Origin: Octopus vulgaris
Taxonomy: Eukaryota
NCBI GenBank assembly: GCA_951406725.2
Contig: OX597825.1
Location: 71,548,001-71,612,000 of the forward strand
Direction: 5' to 3'
DNA length: 64,000 nucleotides
The notes beneath the pieces were generated by a model. It ran no database searches. It saw only the letters and a program-made list of their open reading frames with translations, and was not told the DNA's origin. The translations under genes were made by a program, and so were the position numbers. This document shows, one piece after another, positions 1-13,214 of this stretch (position 1 is its first letter; each line of letters begins with the position of its first letter).

Positions 1-419
1 AGCTAATGTTTCAAACAAAATCCTTCATTCGACCAAAAATGACAAGAGAGAAATAAAAGAAAGGCAATACAATTTTACATCCTCTATATGTAAGACACTG
101 GCTGCATACACACACACATGTATATATTATTTGTAAAGAAATATATGAAGCGTGTGATATCTATTTTTGCAAAGAATGTCAAAAACATGTAGTATCATGA
201 AACTATGGATGCGATTATTATCTAACTATTGTGATAGCCACACATGAATGTTGTTTCATCACCATATTGCTTGTGTTGACATAACTATTGGATGTTGTTA
301 TACACTGCTGTTCACAATGCACTTCCAGTTCTTTCTCATTTGCATCCTTGTCTAAAACTGCAAAAACATCTGCTGTTGGTAGGACATCAATCCAAGACAA
401 ATTCATGAGCATCACTTTA

Positions 420-815
420 CCCATCATCATCATCATCAATGTCCGCTTTCAATGCTAGCATGGGTTGGACGGTTTAACTGAGGTCTGGGAAGCTGGAAGG
501 CTGTACCAGGCCAGTCAGATCTGGCGGTGTTTCTACAGCTGGATGCCCTTCCTAACGCCAACCACTCCATGAGTGTAGTGGGTACTTTTATGTGCCACCA
601 GCATAAGGGCCAGTCAGCCAGTACTGGCAACGGCCATGCCCAAATGGTGTTTTCTTTTATGTGCCACCTGCACACTGGCACAAGTGCCAGTAAGGCAATG
701 CTGGTGACGATCACGCTTGAATGGTGCCAGTTAGCCGCTCTGGCAATGATCATGCTCGGGTGGTGCTCTTAGTGCTCCACTAGTACGGATGCCAGTCATC
801 GAATTTGATTTCGAT
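420..815 (-). mobile_element. RTE-3'UTR-derived retroposon copy
   Basis: (cat)n tail, then ccgctttcaatgctagcatgggttggacgg...ctacagctggatgcccttcctaacgccaacc; same family as 6304-6674. Confidence 0.8.
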
Positions 816-1364
816 TTCTGTGAATGCATAAAAGTGGGATGCTGTGTGGAAAACTTTGATGTAATAGGCACATATTCCTTTGATGACGGTGGACAAACAA
901 TAACACTGCATGTACTCGTGTGGTACAGTGTCCTTCTAGAATTGAACAGACTTCACAATTGATACATGACATGTATTGATTGTTTCAATAAGTCAGAGTA
1001 AAAACTTCCATGGATGTTATTGAAGAAATGAGCAACCTTTGGTTTTTAGTACACACATCTGTGAGACTGATAATGATACCAAAACAATTTGGGAAAATAC
1101 AAAAATACATTTTAGTATTCCAAGTTAAGTTAAATAAATATGTAAATGCTTAAATGTCATTATTAAAGATTTCTCTTTTTAGTTGTTGAACAGCATAATT
1201 TTTTTGAAGCTGTTATGACATGTTGTAAAAAAGGAAACACTTCTTATCACAAAAAAACTATGCTTACAAAAATTGCCGACTGAAAACAAATATAAATATA
1301 TTTGAAAGTAGTGCAAATTGAAAACTCATTTCAATATATTATAATAATAATTATTATTATTGTT

Positions 1365-1720
1365 GTTTTTGTTGCCTTTGCACAGCTTCTAACGCTGGAG
1401 ATGTACTACAGTGTCTGCTGTTCACTACCATTAAACTAAGGTAACACCTCTTATTTTTCAAGCACCTTCTGGAGTATTCAAGCAGTTCTAAGCAGTGCTG
1501 TTTTCTTCAAGTGCTCCACCCTTATTGCAGCCCCTATTTGTTCCACGTACTTCTCGAGATTTTTGCTCACTGTCCCCAGGGCTCTGACTGCTACCTTTTT
1601 TCATCGACCACAACTGCTTAACTTCCCAAGCTAACCTGTCATATCTCTTGACTTTTCTTTCTTCCTTATCGCATATCTTGTTGCTATGTCTATGATCTAG
1701 CATAGTTTGTTTTCTTTCTC
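1365..1720 (-). mobile_element. 3' fragment of an R4/Dong-like non-LTR retrotransposon (restriction-like endonuclease C-terminus)
   Basis: Degenerate translation KICDKEERKVKRYDRLAWEVKQLWSMKK...LGTVSKNLEKYVEQIGAAIRVEHLKKTALL resembles the RLE C-terminus; flanked by (AAT/TTA)n, the known Dong-type target. Confidence 0.6.
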
Positions 1721-2269
1721 AATTATTATTATTATTATGATCATTAAGTATTGGCAAGAAGCAATGATAAGAAATTAATTTAACTCATGTAGAAGGGAAA
1801 AATACGTCACAAATATATTTGAGCTAAGTTAAAATTTATAAAGATTATTGATTTTTTTATGATGCTCATGTTAAATGATGATGATGAAGATGATTGTAGT
1901 AACTTCAAAAAATTACATTGTTCAGACATTAACAAGAGAAATCTGAAATAATTCTTTCTACTCTAGGCACAAGGACTGAAAATTTGGTGGAGGAGGCTGG
2001 TCGATTACATCAACCCCCCCCCAAATTTTATTATCCCCAAAAGGATGAAAAGCAAAGTTGACTTTGGCAGTATTTGAAGTCAGAATGTAAAGCTAAAAGA
2101 AATGCCACTAAGCATGTTATCTACATCTTGCCGCCTGAAAAATCTGGAATAATGACATTTAATTCCTGACTATAAAGTGTTTACATAATTGTTTTACTTA
2201 CTTGAGATATCCAAGCTATTTTCGTATTTTTCTGAATTGTTTTAATAGCCATTATCAATCCCGCAGGTA

Positions 2270-2477
2270 TACTCTCTTTTACTCGTTTCAGTCATTTGAC
2301 TGCGGCCATGCTGGAGCACCGCCTTTAACCGAGCAACTCGACCCCGGGACTTATTCTTTTGTAAGCCCAGTACTTATTCTATCGGTCTTTTTTGCCGAAC
2401 CGCTAAGTAACGGGGACATAAACACACCAGCATCGGTTGTCAAGCAATGCTAGGGGGACAAACACAGACACACAAAC

Positions 2478-2530
<53 letters not shown>

Positions 2531-2622
2531 ACAGGCTTCTTTCAGTTTCCGTCTACCAAATCCACTCACAAGGCTTTGGTCGGCCCGAGGCTATAGTAGA
2601 AGACACTTGCCCAAGGTGCCAC
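2270..2622 (-). mobile_element. tRNA-derived CORE-like SINE (family A), 5'-truncated
   Basis: Tail ...cagtcatttgactgcggccatgctggagcaccgcc, internal (TA)n, ggcaccttgggcaagtgtctt core. Confidence 0.85.
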
Positions 2623-2678
2623 AAACTGTTCACACTAGATGAACCGAAAGCTGCACTTCCTCTAGAAATCATGGCAAT

Positions 2679-3082
2679 ACTCTCTTTACTCTTTTACTTG
2701 TTTCAGTCATTTGACTTTGGCCATGCTGGAGCACCGCCTTTAGTCAAGCAAATCGACTCCAGGACTTATTCTTTGGAAGCCTAGTACTTATTCTATCGGT
2801 CTCTTTTGTTGAATCGCTAAGTTACGGGGACGTAAACACACCAGCATCGGTTGTCAAGTGATGTTGGGGGACAAACACAGACACACAAACATATACACAC
2901 ACATATATATATGCATATATATGACGGGCTTCTTTCAGTTTCTGTCTACCAAATCCATTCACAAGGCTTTGGTCGGCCCGAGGCTATAGTAGAAGACACT
3001 TGCCCAAGGTGCCACGCAGTGGGACTGAACCCGGAACCATGTGGTTCATAAGCAAGCTACTTACCACACAGCCACTCCTACC
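2679..3082 (-). mobile_element. SINE family A, full length
   Basis: tRNA-like head ggagtggctgtgtggtaag...ggttcagtccc on the minus strand plus family tail. Confidence 0.85.
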
Positions 3083-4284
3083 CCTATTAGTATACAATAC
3101 GTCTAATAGTATACAGTATAGAATGATGTGCAAGAGAGAACTTCTATGCTAGGCTTCACATATGAGCAAAGGAATGGGAAAAATTTAGATGATATTATTT
3201 CAAGACTAAATGCTCTGTTACCCTTTGTTACTTATATGTTTTTATATGGTGTCTATTGTTCTTTACTGAGACTGAGACAATAAAGGTTGCTGATATCCTA
3301 TATCCTCTTATTGCTAAAATTATATCCATTAAAAAAAATCTATTAGTTTTCTTTGTTGAAACTTGCATAATAACCAATTCAAACATATAAAATATGTAAT
3401 CAATCAAGCAAGGGATCGCAAAAAAAGTGTGCAAATATACATAAGCTTACATGTAATTACACAAACAAGCTCAAATTACAAAATACATGGCTATGTTAAT
3501 GTTATAAATATAATAGGATGAAAGAGATATACATCTAGAAAGGAAATTTCTCTAAGACAACTAAATACACATGTCTGGGTCAATTACAAGTAGGACAGAG
3601 AGATCGGATCAGATAAAATAGATACAAATACAACTTGCATGAGAACTGCATTGAACTAAATGGACACCACAGTTATTAATGAAGGAAGGGTCAGAAATGG
3701 TGATTACTGGTAGTAGCAATTAGTTGAATGTCAGCTGAAGAACTGAGCCACAAATATGACCAATGATTGGGTGTGAGCAACCAAAAGAAACCATATATAT
3801 GAAAGTGTATATGTTTGTGTGTGTGTGTATATACACACACACACTTGGCTCTGGGTTCAATCACACTGTGTGGTACCTTGAGCAAGTGTTTTCTACAATA
3901 GCCTTGGACTGACAAAGCCTTATGAGTGGGTTTGGTATATGGAAACTGAAGGAAGCCCATCTTATATGTGTGTGTATGTATCAGTGTCTGTCCCCTTCCA
4001 CCACTTGGTAACTGGTGATCGTGTGTTAACGTCCCTATAACTTAATGGTTCAGCAAAAGAGACTGATAAAATAAGAACTAGGTTTCAAAAAGGTAAGTCC
4101 TAAGATCGATTTGTTCAACTAAAACAACCCTTCAAAACAGTGCCCCAGCATGGCCACAGTCAAATTACTGAAACAAGTAAAACACACAAACACACACAAA
4201 CATACATCCTTTTCCCAGATATTCTCAAACTTATATAAATGTGAGGTAGCCATTTAGTAAGATACTTATGCTTGTCCTTGGCAT

Positions 4285-4640
4285 AAGGAGAATTCGAGGG
4301 AAGGATGGTAGAATTGGACAAAGGAGAGGAAGGAGTCCAGTTGTTTATGGGAGAGTGAGGTCGTGCTGATACAGTCATCAATATAATGGCCATATAACTT
4401 GGGAGTGGAACTAGTGAATTGTAAGAATATTTGGGCCTCAACATAGCCAATGAACAGGTTCGCATAGTTGGGGCCCATTCTTGTCCCCATGGCCACTCCC
4501 AAGATCTGTTGGTAAAACTCCCCCATGAATGAGAAGCAGTTGAGGATGAGGACAAGTTCAGTTAGATGAAGAAGTGTGGAGGTGTCAGGTTGAGGGTCAG
4601 GCCGATGGTCAAGGAAGTGTTTTAAGTGCAAGAAGTCCCT
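4285..4640 (-). mobile_element. Penelope-like element reverse transcriptase fragment
   Basis: ELVLILNCFSFMGEFYQQILGVAMGTRMGPNYANLF...YGHYIDD...YHPSLEFS: the PLE RT motifs G.AMG..MGP.YANLF and YIDD. Confidence 0.85.
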
Positions 4641-5926
4641 CGTTGTGATCTTCACTTGTTCATTTAATGCCTGTGTTTCTGAGTTTGCATGGGGTAGATG
4701 ACAATGTATTTGGGGCAGGATTTTATGGGTATTGCAGTTTGTGTCACCAATCCATACCGGTTTTTCAGGTAAGATCATCTTTATTCCACAAGACTTTGAA
4801 AGCACAGAGCAACTGATCATAATGCCAACTCAAGCTAAGCCATGGGATAGTAAGATTCACACACACACACACTTTGAAATGTGATCAATGAGTTAACAAT
4901 AAATACCAGGTACTTATTTTATCAGGCCTCAGAATCACAAAATGTAAAGAAGGTTTCAGCAACTGTAGTTAGAACTTAGTCTTGTAACTAAATACTGTAA
5001 GGAATATTTTGTCAAAAGCAAACCATTTTTCATCTTATTCTCTCTGTGAACCTATAGAAATCATATGGCTTTGTGGTTAAGGTGTTAGGTTTAAGAGTGT
5101 AAGGTGGTAAGTTCAATTTCTGGACCAGACCAGGCAGTGTGTTGCTTCCTTCAATAAAAACACTATAGTCCAGTCTATTTCGCTGGCATAGTCCTTTCTC
5201 CCTCCACTTGTCACATACTCCATGTTCTGATGGGTTGAGCCAAAAAGGTATCTAAGTCGGCTCACAACTACATAGGCCCCTATAACAACTAACAAAAGCA
5301 TGGTACATGCTACAAGGCCATACTTGTTTGTGAGTGATAGTATGTTAGAAATCATCATTACACATCTGTATTTTGTGCTGTATGTGTATTACTTGATGGC
5401 ATAAAAGTCACACGTGCATATTAGATGTCCCCTGGATGAACAAAGGTTTGTGAATGGATTTGGTGATCAGAAATAGAAAGAACCTTGTCGTGTGTGTGTG
5501 TGTGTGTGTGAGCGTGTGTGTGTGTGTGTATGTGTCCTTGTCAAAACATTACGTGATGGTTGTAAATGAGCATCATTGTCATACAACCATGCTCATCTTC
5601 TAGGAAAAACATGTCTAATTATGAGAAAATGTTACCTTAATTGGAAACAGGTGATGGCTGGTGACAGGAAGGGAATCTAACTGCAGATGAAGCTGCCTCA
5701 ACCAAATCCACCTGAGCCCCAATGATTACAGATATGTATATTTATACGTATGTGCATATATATATGCACATCCTCTTATCTTTTACTTGTTTCAGTCATT
5801 AGATTGTGGCCATGCTGGGGCACCACCTCAAAGAGTTTTTAGTTGGATGAATCAATCGCAGTACATGTATTCTTTAAGCCTGGTACTTATTCTGTCGGTC
5901 ACTTTTGCTAAACTACTAAGTTACAG

Positions 5927-6729
5927 TCTTTCTTAGAGACCACCAATGATGGATGCAGCTTCAGCTGGTAGCAGAGGTTTTAGAGGTAGTTTCAGTAGTA
6001 GAGGTCATTGTTGTGGACAGGGTCAAGAATGTGGAAGAGGCTGCAAAAGAGGTCAAGGTGCTAAAGATGCTGACAAAGAATGGGTTCCTGTAACTGAATT
6101 AAGGTTGTCTGGGGGACGTCATCTAAATCAAGACCCTTGAAGAAATCTGTCTGTTCTTGCATCCAACCACAGAGGCAGAAATCATTAATTTTTTTTTTTT
6201 TCCCCCTGGACTCAACTCTTACGGATGAAGTTTTGAAGATAAAGTCTACACAAAAGCAAACTCAAGGTGGCAAAAGAACATGATTTAAGGCATTTGTTGC
6301 CATAAGAGAACCATCCGAACATGGCCGTAGCCAGCACCACATCGACTGGCCTCCGTGCTGGTGGCACGTAACAAACACCATCCGATTGTGGCTGTTGCCA
6401 GCCTCGCCTGGCCTCCGTGCCGGTGGCACGTAAAAAGTACCATCTGAGCATGGCCGTTCGCCAGCCTCGTCTGGCACCTGTGTCGGTGGCACATAAAAAG
6501 TATCCACTACACTCACGGAGTGGTTGGCGTTAGGAAGGGCATCCAGCTGTAGAAATACTGCCAGATCTGACTGGCCTGGTGCAGCCTTTGGGCTTCCCAG
6601 ACCCCAGTTGAACCGTCCAACCTATGCTAGCATGGAAAGCGGACGTTAAACGATGATGATGATGATGATGATGATGTTGCCATTGATGACCATGATGATC
6701 ATGTAGGTTTGGGTGTGAAATGTTCAAAG
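5927..6729 (+). pseudogene. RPS2: Processed pseudogene of 40S ribosomal protein S2 (uS5), N-terminal part, interrupted by a retroposon
   Basis: Pyrimidine (TOP-like) start ctttctt, ATG at 5946. Translated with frameshifts: RG-rich N-terminus, [48 protein letters not shown], and after the insertion [18 protein letters not shown]. All are colinear with eukaryotic RPS2 ([53 protein letters not shown]). Intronless, with stops and frameshifts. Confidence 0.92.
6304..6674 (+). mobile_element. RTE-3'UTR-derived retroposon inserted in the RPS2 pseudogene
   Basis: Family core tggttggcgttaggaagggcatccagctgtagaaa...ggacgttaaac(gat)n; flanked by TSD tgttgccat (6295-6303 / 6675-6683). Confidence 0.85.
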
Positions 6730-7139
6730 TGTGTGTGTGTGTGTATAAACACATCCTACATGTAGGCATAAGATATATGAATGCAAATACAAAGCAATAA
6801 AGTCAGTAAAAAAAAATCTTTTGTCAATAATCTGAACTGAACAGAACAGGAAAGAAATACGGTTCCAAGACTAAAATATCAATATTAGTAAACATGACTC
6901 ACAATGTTAATAGATGTAGTGGTGATGGTGTTAGTAGCAGACTTTGTAGTAGTAGTAGTAGTAGTAGTAGTAGCAGCAGTAGTATCTCAGCCACATGCTT
7001 CATTTGTAAAAGCCTCTCTTTGCAAGTCACATAAAAAAAGTTTCTAGCTCAACACAAAAATGGCTGTAAGGGATACAAATTAATGAGACCCTTCACCAAA
7101 GGTAGCTTCATTCCATTCTACACTTGGCCAGTGCGTCTC

Positions 7140-7188
<49 letters not shown>

Positions 7189-7190
7189 TG

Positions 7191-7622
7191 CCCTGATGCA
7201 GTACCAGGCACTGGCTTTGCCCTGATGCAGTACGAGGCTCTGGCTTTGCTCTGATGCAGTACCAGGCACTGGCTTTGCCCTGTTGCAGTACCAGGCGCTG
7301 ACTTTGCCCTGATACAGTACCGGGTGCTGGCTTTGCCTTGATGCAGTACCAGGCACTGGCTTTGCCCTGATGCAGTAGCAGGCACTGGCTTTGCCCTGAT
7401 GCAGTAGCAGGCTCTGGCTTTGCCCTGATGCAGTACCAGGCACTAGCTTTGCCCTGATGCAGTACCAGGCACTGGCTTTGCCCTAATGCAGTACCAGGCG
7501 CTGGCTTTGCCCTCATGCAGTACCAGGCACTGGCTTTGTCCTGATGCAGTACCAGGCGCTGGCTTTGTCCTGATGCAGTACCAGGCGCTGGCTTTGCCCT
7601 GATGTAATACTAGGAACTGGCT
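7191..7622 (+). repeat. 29-bp minisatellite (~15 copies) at the end of a dispersed repeat
   Basis: Unit ccctgatgcagtaccaggcactggctttg; preceded by (AAT)n. The following body (to ~8010) shares sequence with 9885-10075. Confidence 0.92.
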
Positions 7623-8227
7623 CTCATAGCTTCTGACTATAACTAATTGGAAGTGTTATCCTGTACATTGTTTTGCCTTGGTATAAAAGATGTACTACAG
7701 CAAATATTCTGTTTAATAACAGAGATTTGCTTGTTAGTTGTTTGATCTTAACCAGTTGAGCATGTGTTGGCAGCTGACAATATGTGCATCTCTGATCACA
7801 AGCAGAAGTAGTGGGGGAGCATCATAGCCATGTGTTGAGAGGGATTCTTTGGGGTTTGAATAATTCACCTCTGGAAACATAGGTGTTTCGTTCAACATCC
7901 TTAAACAACCCTTATTCAAGGACCATTTGAGCAGGATAGGCTACTCCTTAAAAAAATTCTAACTGGGCCCCACCTGCAAGGCCATGCAATGTTTATCTTG
8001 ATGAGATCGCCAATAATAATGATAATAATAATGACGATGCTTTCTAATATCGATACAAGGCCTGAAGTTTCGTGGTAGAAGGTTAGTCAATTAAATTGCC
8101 AATAGTACTCAGTTGGTACTTATTTTATCAATCCTGAAAGGATGAAAGGCAAAGCCAACTTCAACAGTATTTGAACTCAGAACATAAGAAGCTGGAGCAA
8201 AATGCCACCAAGCATTTTGTCTGATAT

Positions 8228-8935
8228 AGGGACATTGACCCCTAGTTCAAAGTTGAGTAAGGACATTGACCTGTGTCACAGTTGAGAAAGGGCATCAACC
8301 CCTACATTATAGTTGAGTAAGGGCATCGACTCCTACATCACACTTGAGTAAGGGCATTCATTGACTCCTATGTCACACTTGAGTAAGGGCATTGACTCCT
8401 ATGTCACACTTGAGTAAGGGCATTGACTCCTATGTCACACTTGAGTAAGGGCATTGACTCCTACGCTACACTTGAGTAAGGGCATTGACTCCTATGTCAC
8501 ACTTGAGTGAGAGCATTGACTCCTACGTCACACTTAAGTAAGGGCATTGACCCTATATCACAGTTAAGTAAGGGCACTGACTCCTACGTCACAGCTGAGT
8601 AAGGACATCGACTCCTATGCCACTAATGAGTAAGGACATTGACTCCTATGTCACAGCTGAGTAAGGACATTGACTCTTACTTCACAGCTGAATAAGGAAA
8701 TTGATTCTTCCCAGTCAAGTAAAGAAATCGACTCTGTCCAGGTGAGGAAGGAAATTGATTCCTCAGTTGAGTAAGGATATTGACTCTTACTTCACAGTTG
8801 AGCAAGGGCATAAATCCTTCACAGCAGTGTGAGGGCTGTGACTCTTCAGTTGAACAGTGACATTAACTACTATTTTACAGTTGAGAAAGGTCACTGACTC
8901 TTAGTTCACAATTAAGTAGAATCATTGAACCTTGC
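8228..8935 (+). repeat. 31-bp minisatellite (~20 copies, degenerating toward the ends)
   Basis: Unit gagtaagggcattgactcctatgtcacactt. Confidence 0.9.
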
Positions 8936-9839
8936 TTTATAGTGAAGTGGTTGTTAACAGGAAAGACTTTCACTTGACTTCTACTTCACAGCCGAATGGT
9001 TGTAAACATGAAAGACCTGCAATTGTGAAAAAAATATGCCCCAACAAATGAGGCGTTGCAGACATGCAAGCATGCAAAAATGAATGCAAAAAGAAAAAAA
9101 AAATGAAATATCTTACAATAACACAAATGCATATATTTATAAGAAGAAGGACATAGGTGACTGAATTAAACCCAGAATATAACTGGTACTTAATTTTCAA
9201 AAAGTTAAAAAATTTTTTAAAAAAATTTATAATCATTCCAGTCAAGATTTGAACACAGAATGGAGAAGGACAAAACCAATTACTACAAAGGTTCTAATTC
9301 AACACTATAATGATTTGGCTATTTTCACTGCCCCCAATAATAATAATAATGATATAGGTTGAAAATTTTAGCCCAACACTAGCAATTCAAGGGGAGAAAG
9401 TCAGTCAGTTACATTGCATACTTGGGAAATATTTACTTTATCAACCCAGAAAGTATGAAAGGCAAAGTTGATCTCGGTGGAATTTGAAGCCAGAATGTAA
9501 TAAGTCAGAAGAAATACCACAAAATACTTTTTCTGACAGGGTAACAATTCTGCCAGCTTGCTGCCTTACTAATACTAATACTAATACTACTACTACTACT
9601 AATAATAATAATAATAATAATAATGCTTTCTGCTAGAGGCACAAGGGCCTGAAATTTTAAGGGAGGGGCTAAGTCAATTACATCGATCCCATTGTTCAAC
9701 TGGTACTTATGTTATCAACCCTGAAAGGGGGAAGTCGAGCCTGGTGGAATTTGAACTCAGAGTGTAAAGACAGATGAAAAGCTGCTAAGCATTTTGCTCG
9801 ATGTGCTAATGATTCTGCCAGCTCACCACCTTCTCAATG

Positions 9840-9870
<31 letters not shown>

Positions 9871-10567
9871 CAACAACAATGACCACTTGACCTGAAGAAA
9901 ATTCTAACAGGGTCCTCATCTGCAAGGCCATGCACAGTTTTTCTTGCACGTATGGTTGTGATACACGTGCTTGGTGTACCCTTATCAGATGGGTAGTCAT
10001 GATGGGTATACTGGGCTTTGTATATTTGTACCCCAGTATCACTTTGATGGCATGCACTGCTCTCTCACTCAATAATAATAGTAATAATAATTCTTTCTAC
10101 TATAGGCACAAGGCCTGAAATTTGGGGGGCAGGAACTAACCAATTACATCGACCCCAATGTGCAACTGGTACTTATTTCAAAAACCCAGAAAAGATGAAA
10201 GGCAATGATGACCTTGGTAGAATAATAATGATAATGACGATGATGATATTTGTGGTGGATAAAACTACTCAAAGTATTTAGTTCCTCTCTAAATTGTGCA
10301 TTCAAATATCACTTAGAGTTGATAATACTTTTTATTTTTCCATTGGTGGGGGAATGAAGATCAAAAAAATATTGGAAGTACCAAGAAACTACTGGAGTTA
10401 ATTCACTTGCTACACCCTTCAATTAAAAATCTGTGGCACTGTGCAAACACAAGACATAATAATGATGATGATAATAATTATAATAATAATTCAGTAAGTG
10501 GTAATAAATTAATGCATACTCTATAATATAATATAGAAAAAATTATAAATAAAATGCATTTAATAAC

Positions 10568-10630
10568 CTGTAAATGGTCAACTGTTTTCTTTAATCGACT
10601 TGCGTAGTTCCACGCTTGAACAGCCTCTTG
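10568..10630 (-). CDS. Probable downstream exon of the same gene (QEAVQAWNYASRLKKTVDHLQ)
   Basis: Acceptor atgtttag, donor CAG/gttatt; 63 nt, phase 0 to 0, open, helical composition, non-repetitive context. Confidence 0.6.
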
Positions 10631-11248
10631 CTAAACATTTGTGGGGAATGAGACAAAGAGAGAGAGAGAGAGACACAGGTTGAGTGAATGAATGTGTGAT
10701 ACAGAGAGAGACAGAGAGAGGTTGAAAGAGAGCAAATAAATATATTCTCTCAAGAACAAATGTATTTCAACAAATACTGACTTCTTTTTTTACCAGGCAC
10801 AAGGTTCTCTTTAAAATTAAGTTACACGGAGGAAGTGTGTGTGTGTGGGTGTGTGCATGCACTAAATGGCGTAGTTATCATGTTCATGCCTTTTCTAAAG
10901 ACATCAAGACATCAGTAGAATAAATGTACTGAGATAATTTCAAATAGGAACTAAAACAGAAGAGGTGGGGATCACTTAACTATGATTCTTGTAGTATTGA
11001 TCTCTGATGAGAATATAAGTGGAAAGGAGATTATATGGCATGCATGCCTTTCTCAAAAGCATTTGAAATTCACCTATATTTTTTTTTATCTTAATATCTG
11101 TGTTTCCATGTTAGCAGGGGTTGTTAAATGAAAATATTACAGAGACATCAGTTTGCAGCCGGATACCCTTCCTGTCGCTAATCCTCAACTGTTTTCAAAA
11201 GTAGGATATCTTATTACACACATCTCTGAAGGCACAGAGCCCGTGGAT

Positions 11249-11447
11249 CAGTGGTTTTCAACCAGGGTTCTGCCTGTACAGTCCAGGGGTTCCGCAAGAA
11301 GTTACAAAACTGCTAAAATCGGCAGTAATTTTTAATTCTCCTGTGCAGATATGTGGGCATAAGACTTAAATTATTGCACAGGGGTTCCTCGAGCCAGTGG
11401 AATGTTTCCTTGGGGTTCCGCTCCAGCAAAATGTTTGAAAAGCACTG
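11249..11447. mobile_element. hAT-type MITE
   Basis: TIRs cagtggttttcaa / ttgaaaagcactg; perfect 8-bp TSD ccgtggat (11241-11248, 11448-11455). Confidence 0.9.
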
Positions 11448-12811
11448 CCGTGGATGATATATCAACAAGAAAATGACAGCAATAATTCACAGCTGAGCAA
11501 TTTGTGGACAAGTGCAAACGTAAACAAAAACACACACATGTAAAGAACAGGCTACTTCCAGCTTCTGTCAATCAAGGTCACTCAAAGCTTTGGTGAACCC
11601 AGGGCTATGGTAGAAGACACTAAGGTGTCACACAGTCAGATTGAACTCCAAACCATTTGGTTTGGAAGTAAACTTCTCAACCACACAGCCATATCTGTGC
11701 CTATGTAATGAATGTGAATAAAGAAATAACTACTGTATTTCCTGGCATACAAATCAAATAGACCAAAATTTACAGCCAGAATGGACAGGTTGACCTATTA
11801 TACACTAAGACAACTTTGGAGGACAAAACTTTTACACAGAATGCAGCAGGATTTAGAAAGATAGTGATGATACTTGAATGCTTACACTACATGATTACAC
11901 TATATACTACATAGAACTTATGTTAGAAAATACTGTACAGATGGTGTTTGGAATGAAGGCTTGCATCTAGTTTGCTGGCAAACTGACCACTGCTCTACAG
12001 TGTACTCTTTATTCTAAATAAGATGCTCTTATGTTCATACCTTTCCCAAAGTCATTGTTGTATGTCCGAAAACCTATTTTCTTGTTGTGGATCTACTAGA
12101 GATTTTATTTCAGTCTTAAGTATTTTGGCCAAGTCTTCTGGCCAGAGGTCACCATCCCTTGCAAGCTCTATAAGCAGAAGTTTAAACTTGGTATCATAAC
12201 AAGTTAATGAAACACTGGCCAGTTTTGCAGGCCTACTACACACCATCTGAAACTCATGACAACCTGTGTTTGTAAATGTGTGTGCGTGTGCGTGGTCTTG
12301 TAATTATCTGTCTCTCTACTTTTGTAGGGTCTTCCCTGTTGCTATCACATATTGCGAAATTTTAAAATTATGCCAACATTTCCAAATTTGGTATATCGAA
12401 ATAATTTTCCACGTTAAATTCAATTTTGTTATTTATTTGTTCCAGAAAAGTTTCAGCAAAATGTTACTGGGGTTTAAAGTTCAATCAATTTTACCTAATG
12501 AGAAAGCAGGATTTAGAAGCTGGCATTTTCTGGTGACTGGTTACTTCAAGGTTTTGTCAATATTGGTTTTTGTAAACCCAAATGTTTTGAGAAGTCAGAT
12601 TTGTCAAAATTTCGAAACAGATAATCACCATTCGTAGATAAATATTTTGTTCCTACAACCTGTACTGAATCCCTCATGCACTACATGTTTAATAATATAC
12701 AGACTTATAAATGAAGCAATTATATATGTGTGCAATGTGTGTGCATGTGCATTAGTGGCAGTACATGTGCAAGCTACTGAAAGAACATTCAAACTGACTC
12801 ACAAACTACAT

Positions 12812-13214
12812 ACTCTCTCTTTACTTGTTTCAGTCATTTGACTGCGGCCATGCTGGAGCACCGCCTTTAGTCGAGCAAATCGACCCTGAGACTTATTCTT
12901 TGTAAGCTCAGTACTTATTCTATCAGTCTCTTTTGCCGAACCGCTTAGTGACGGGGTCGTAAACACACCAGCATCGGTTGTCAAGCAATGCTAGGGAGAT
13001 TAACACAGACACACAAACATATACACACACATAAATATATATATATATATACATATATACGACAGGCTTCTTTCAGTTTCCGTCTACCAAATCCACTCAC
13101 AAGGCATTGGTTCGCCCGAGGCTATAGCAGAAGACACTTTCCCAAGATGCCACGCAGTGGGACTGAACCCAGAACCATGTGGTTTGTAAGCAAGCTACTT
13201 ACCACACAGCCATT
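12812..13214 (-). mobile_element. SINE family A
   Basis: Near-identical to other family A copies. Confidence 0.85.

Noticed and set aside
7191-7622. 29-bp repeats resembling a CRISPR array or tandem hammerhead cores (ctgatgc)
   Set aside because: Units are contiguous without spacers, there are no cas genes, the motif is CTGATGC not CTGATGA, and there is no GAAA box.
8228-8935. 31-bp repeats as a CRISPR array
   Set aside because: No unique spacers; plain minisatellite in eukaryotic DNA.
11000-11035. CTGATGA...GAAA motif
   Set aside because: No stem II pairing and no NUH/stem III.
12040-12246. Possible host exon (ELARDGDLWPEDLAKILK...) with a gtatga donor
   Set aside because: In-frame stop before the donor; context (YDTKFKLLLIELA, ctgtatttcctggcata end at ~11733) looks more like a pogo/Tigger-type remnant.
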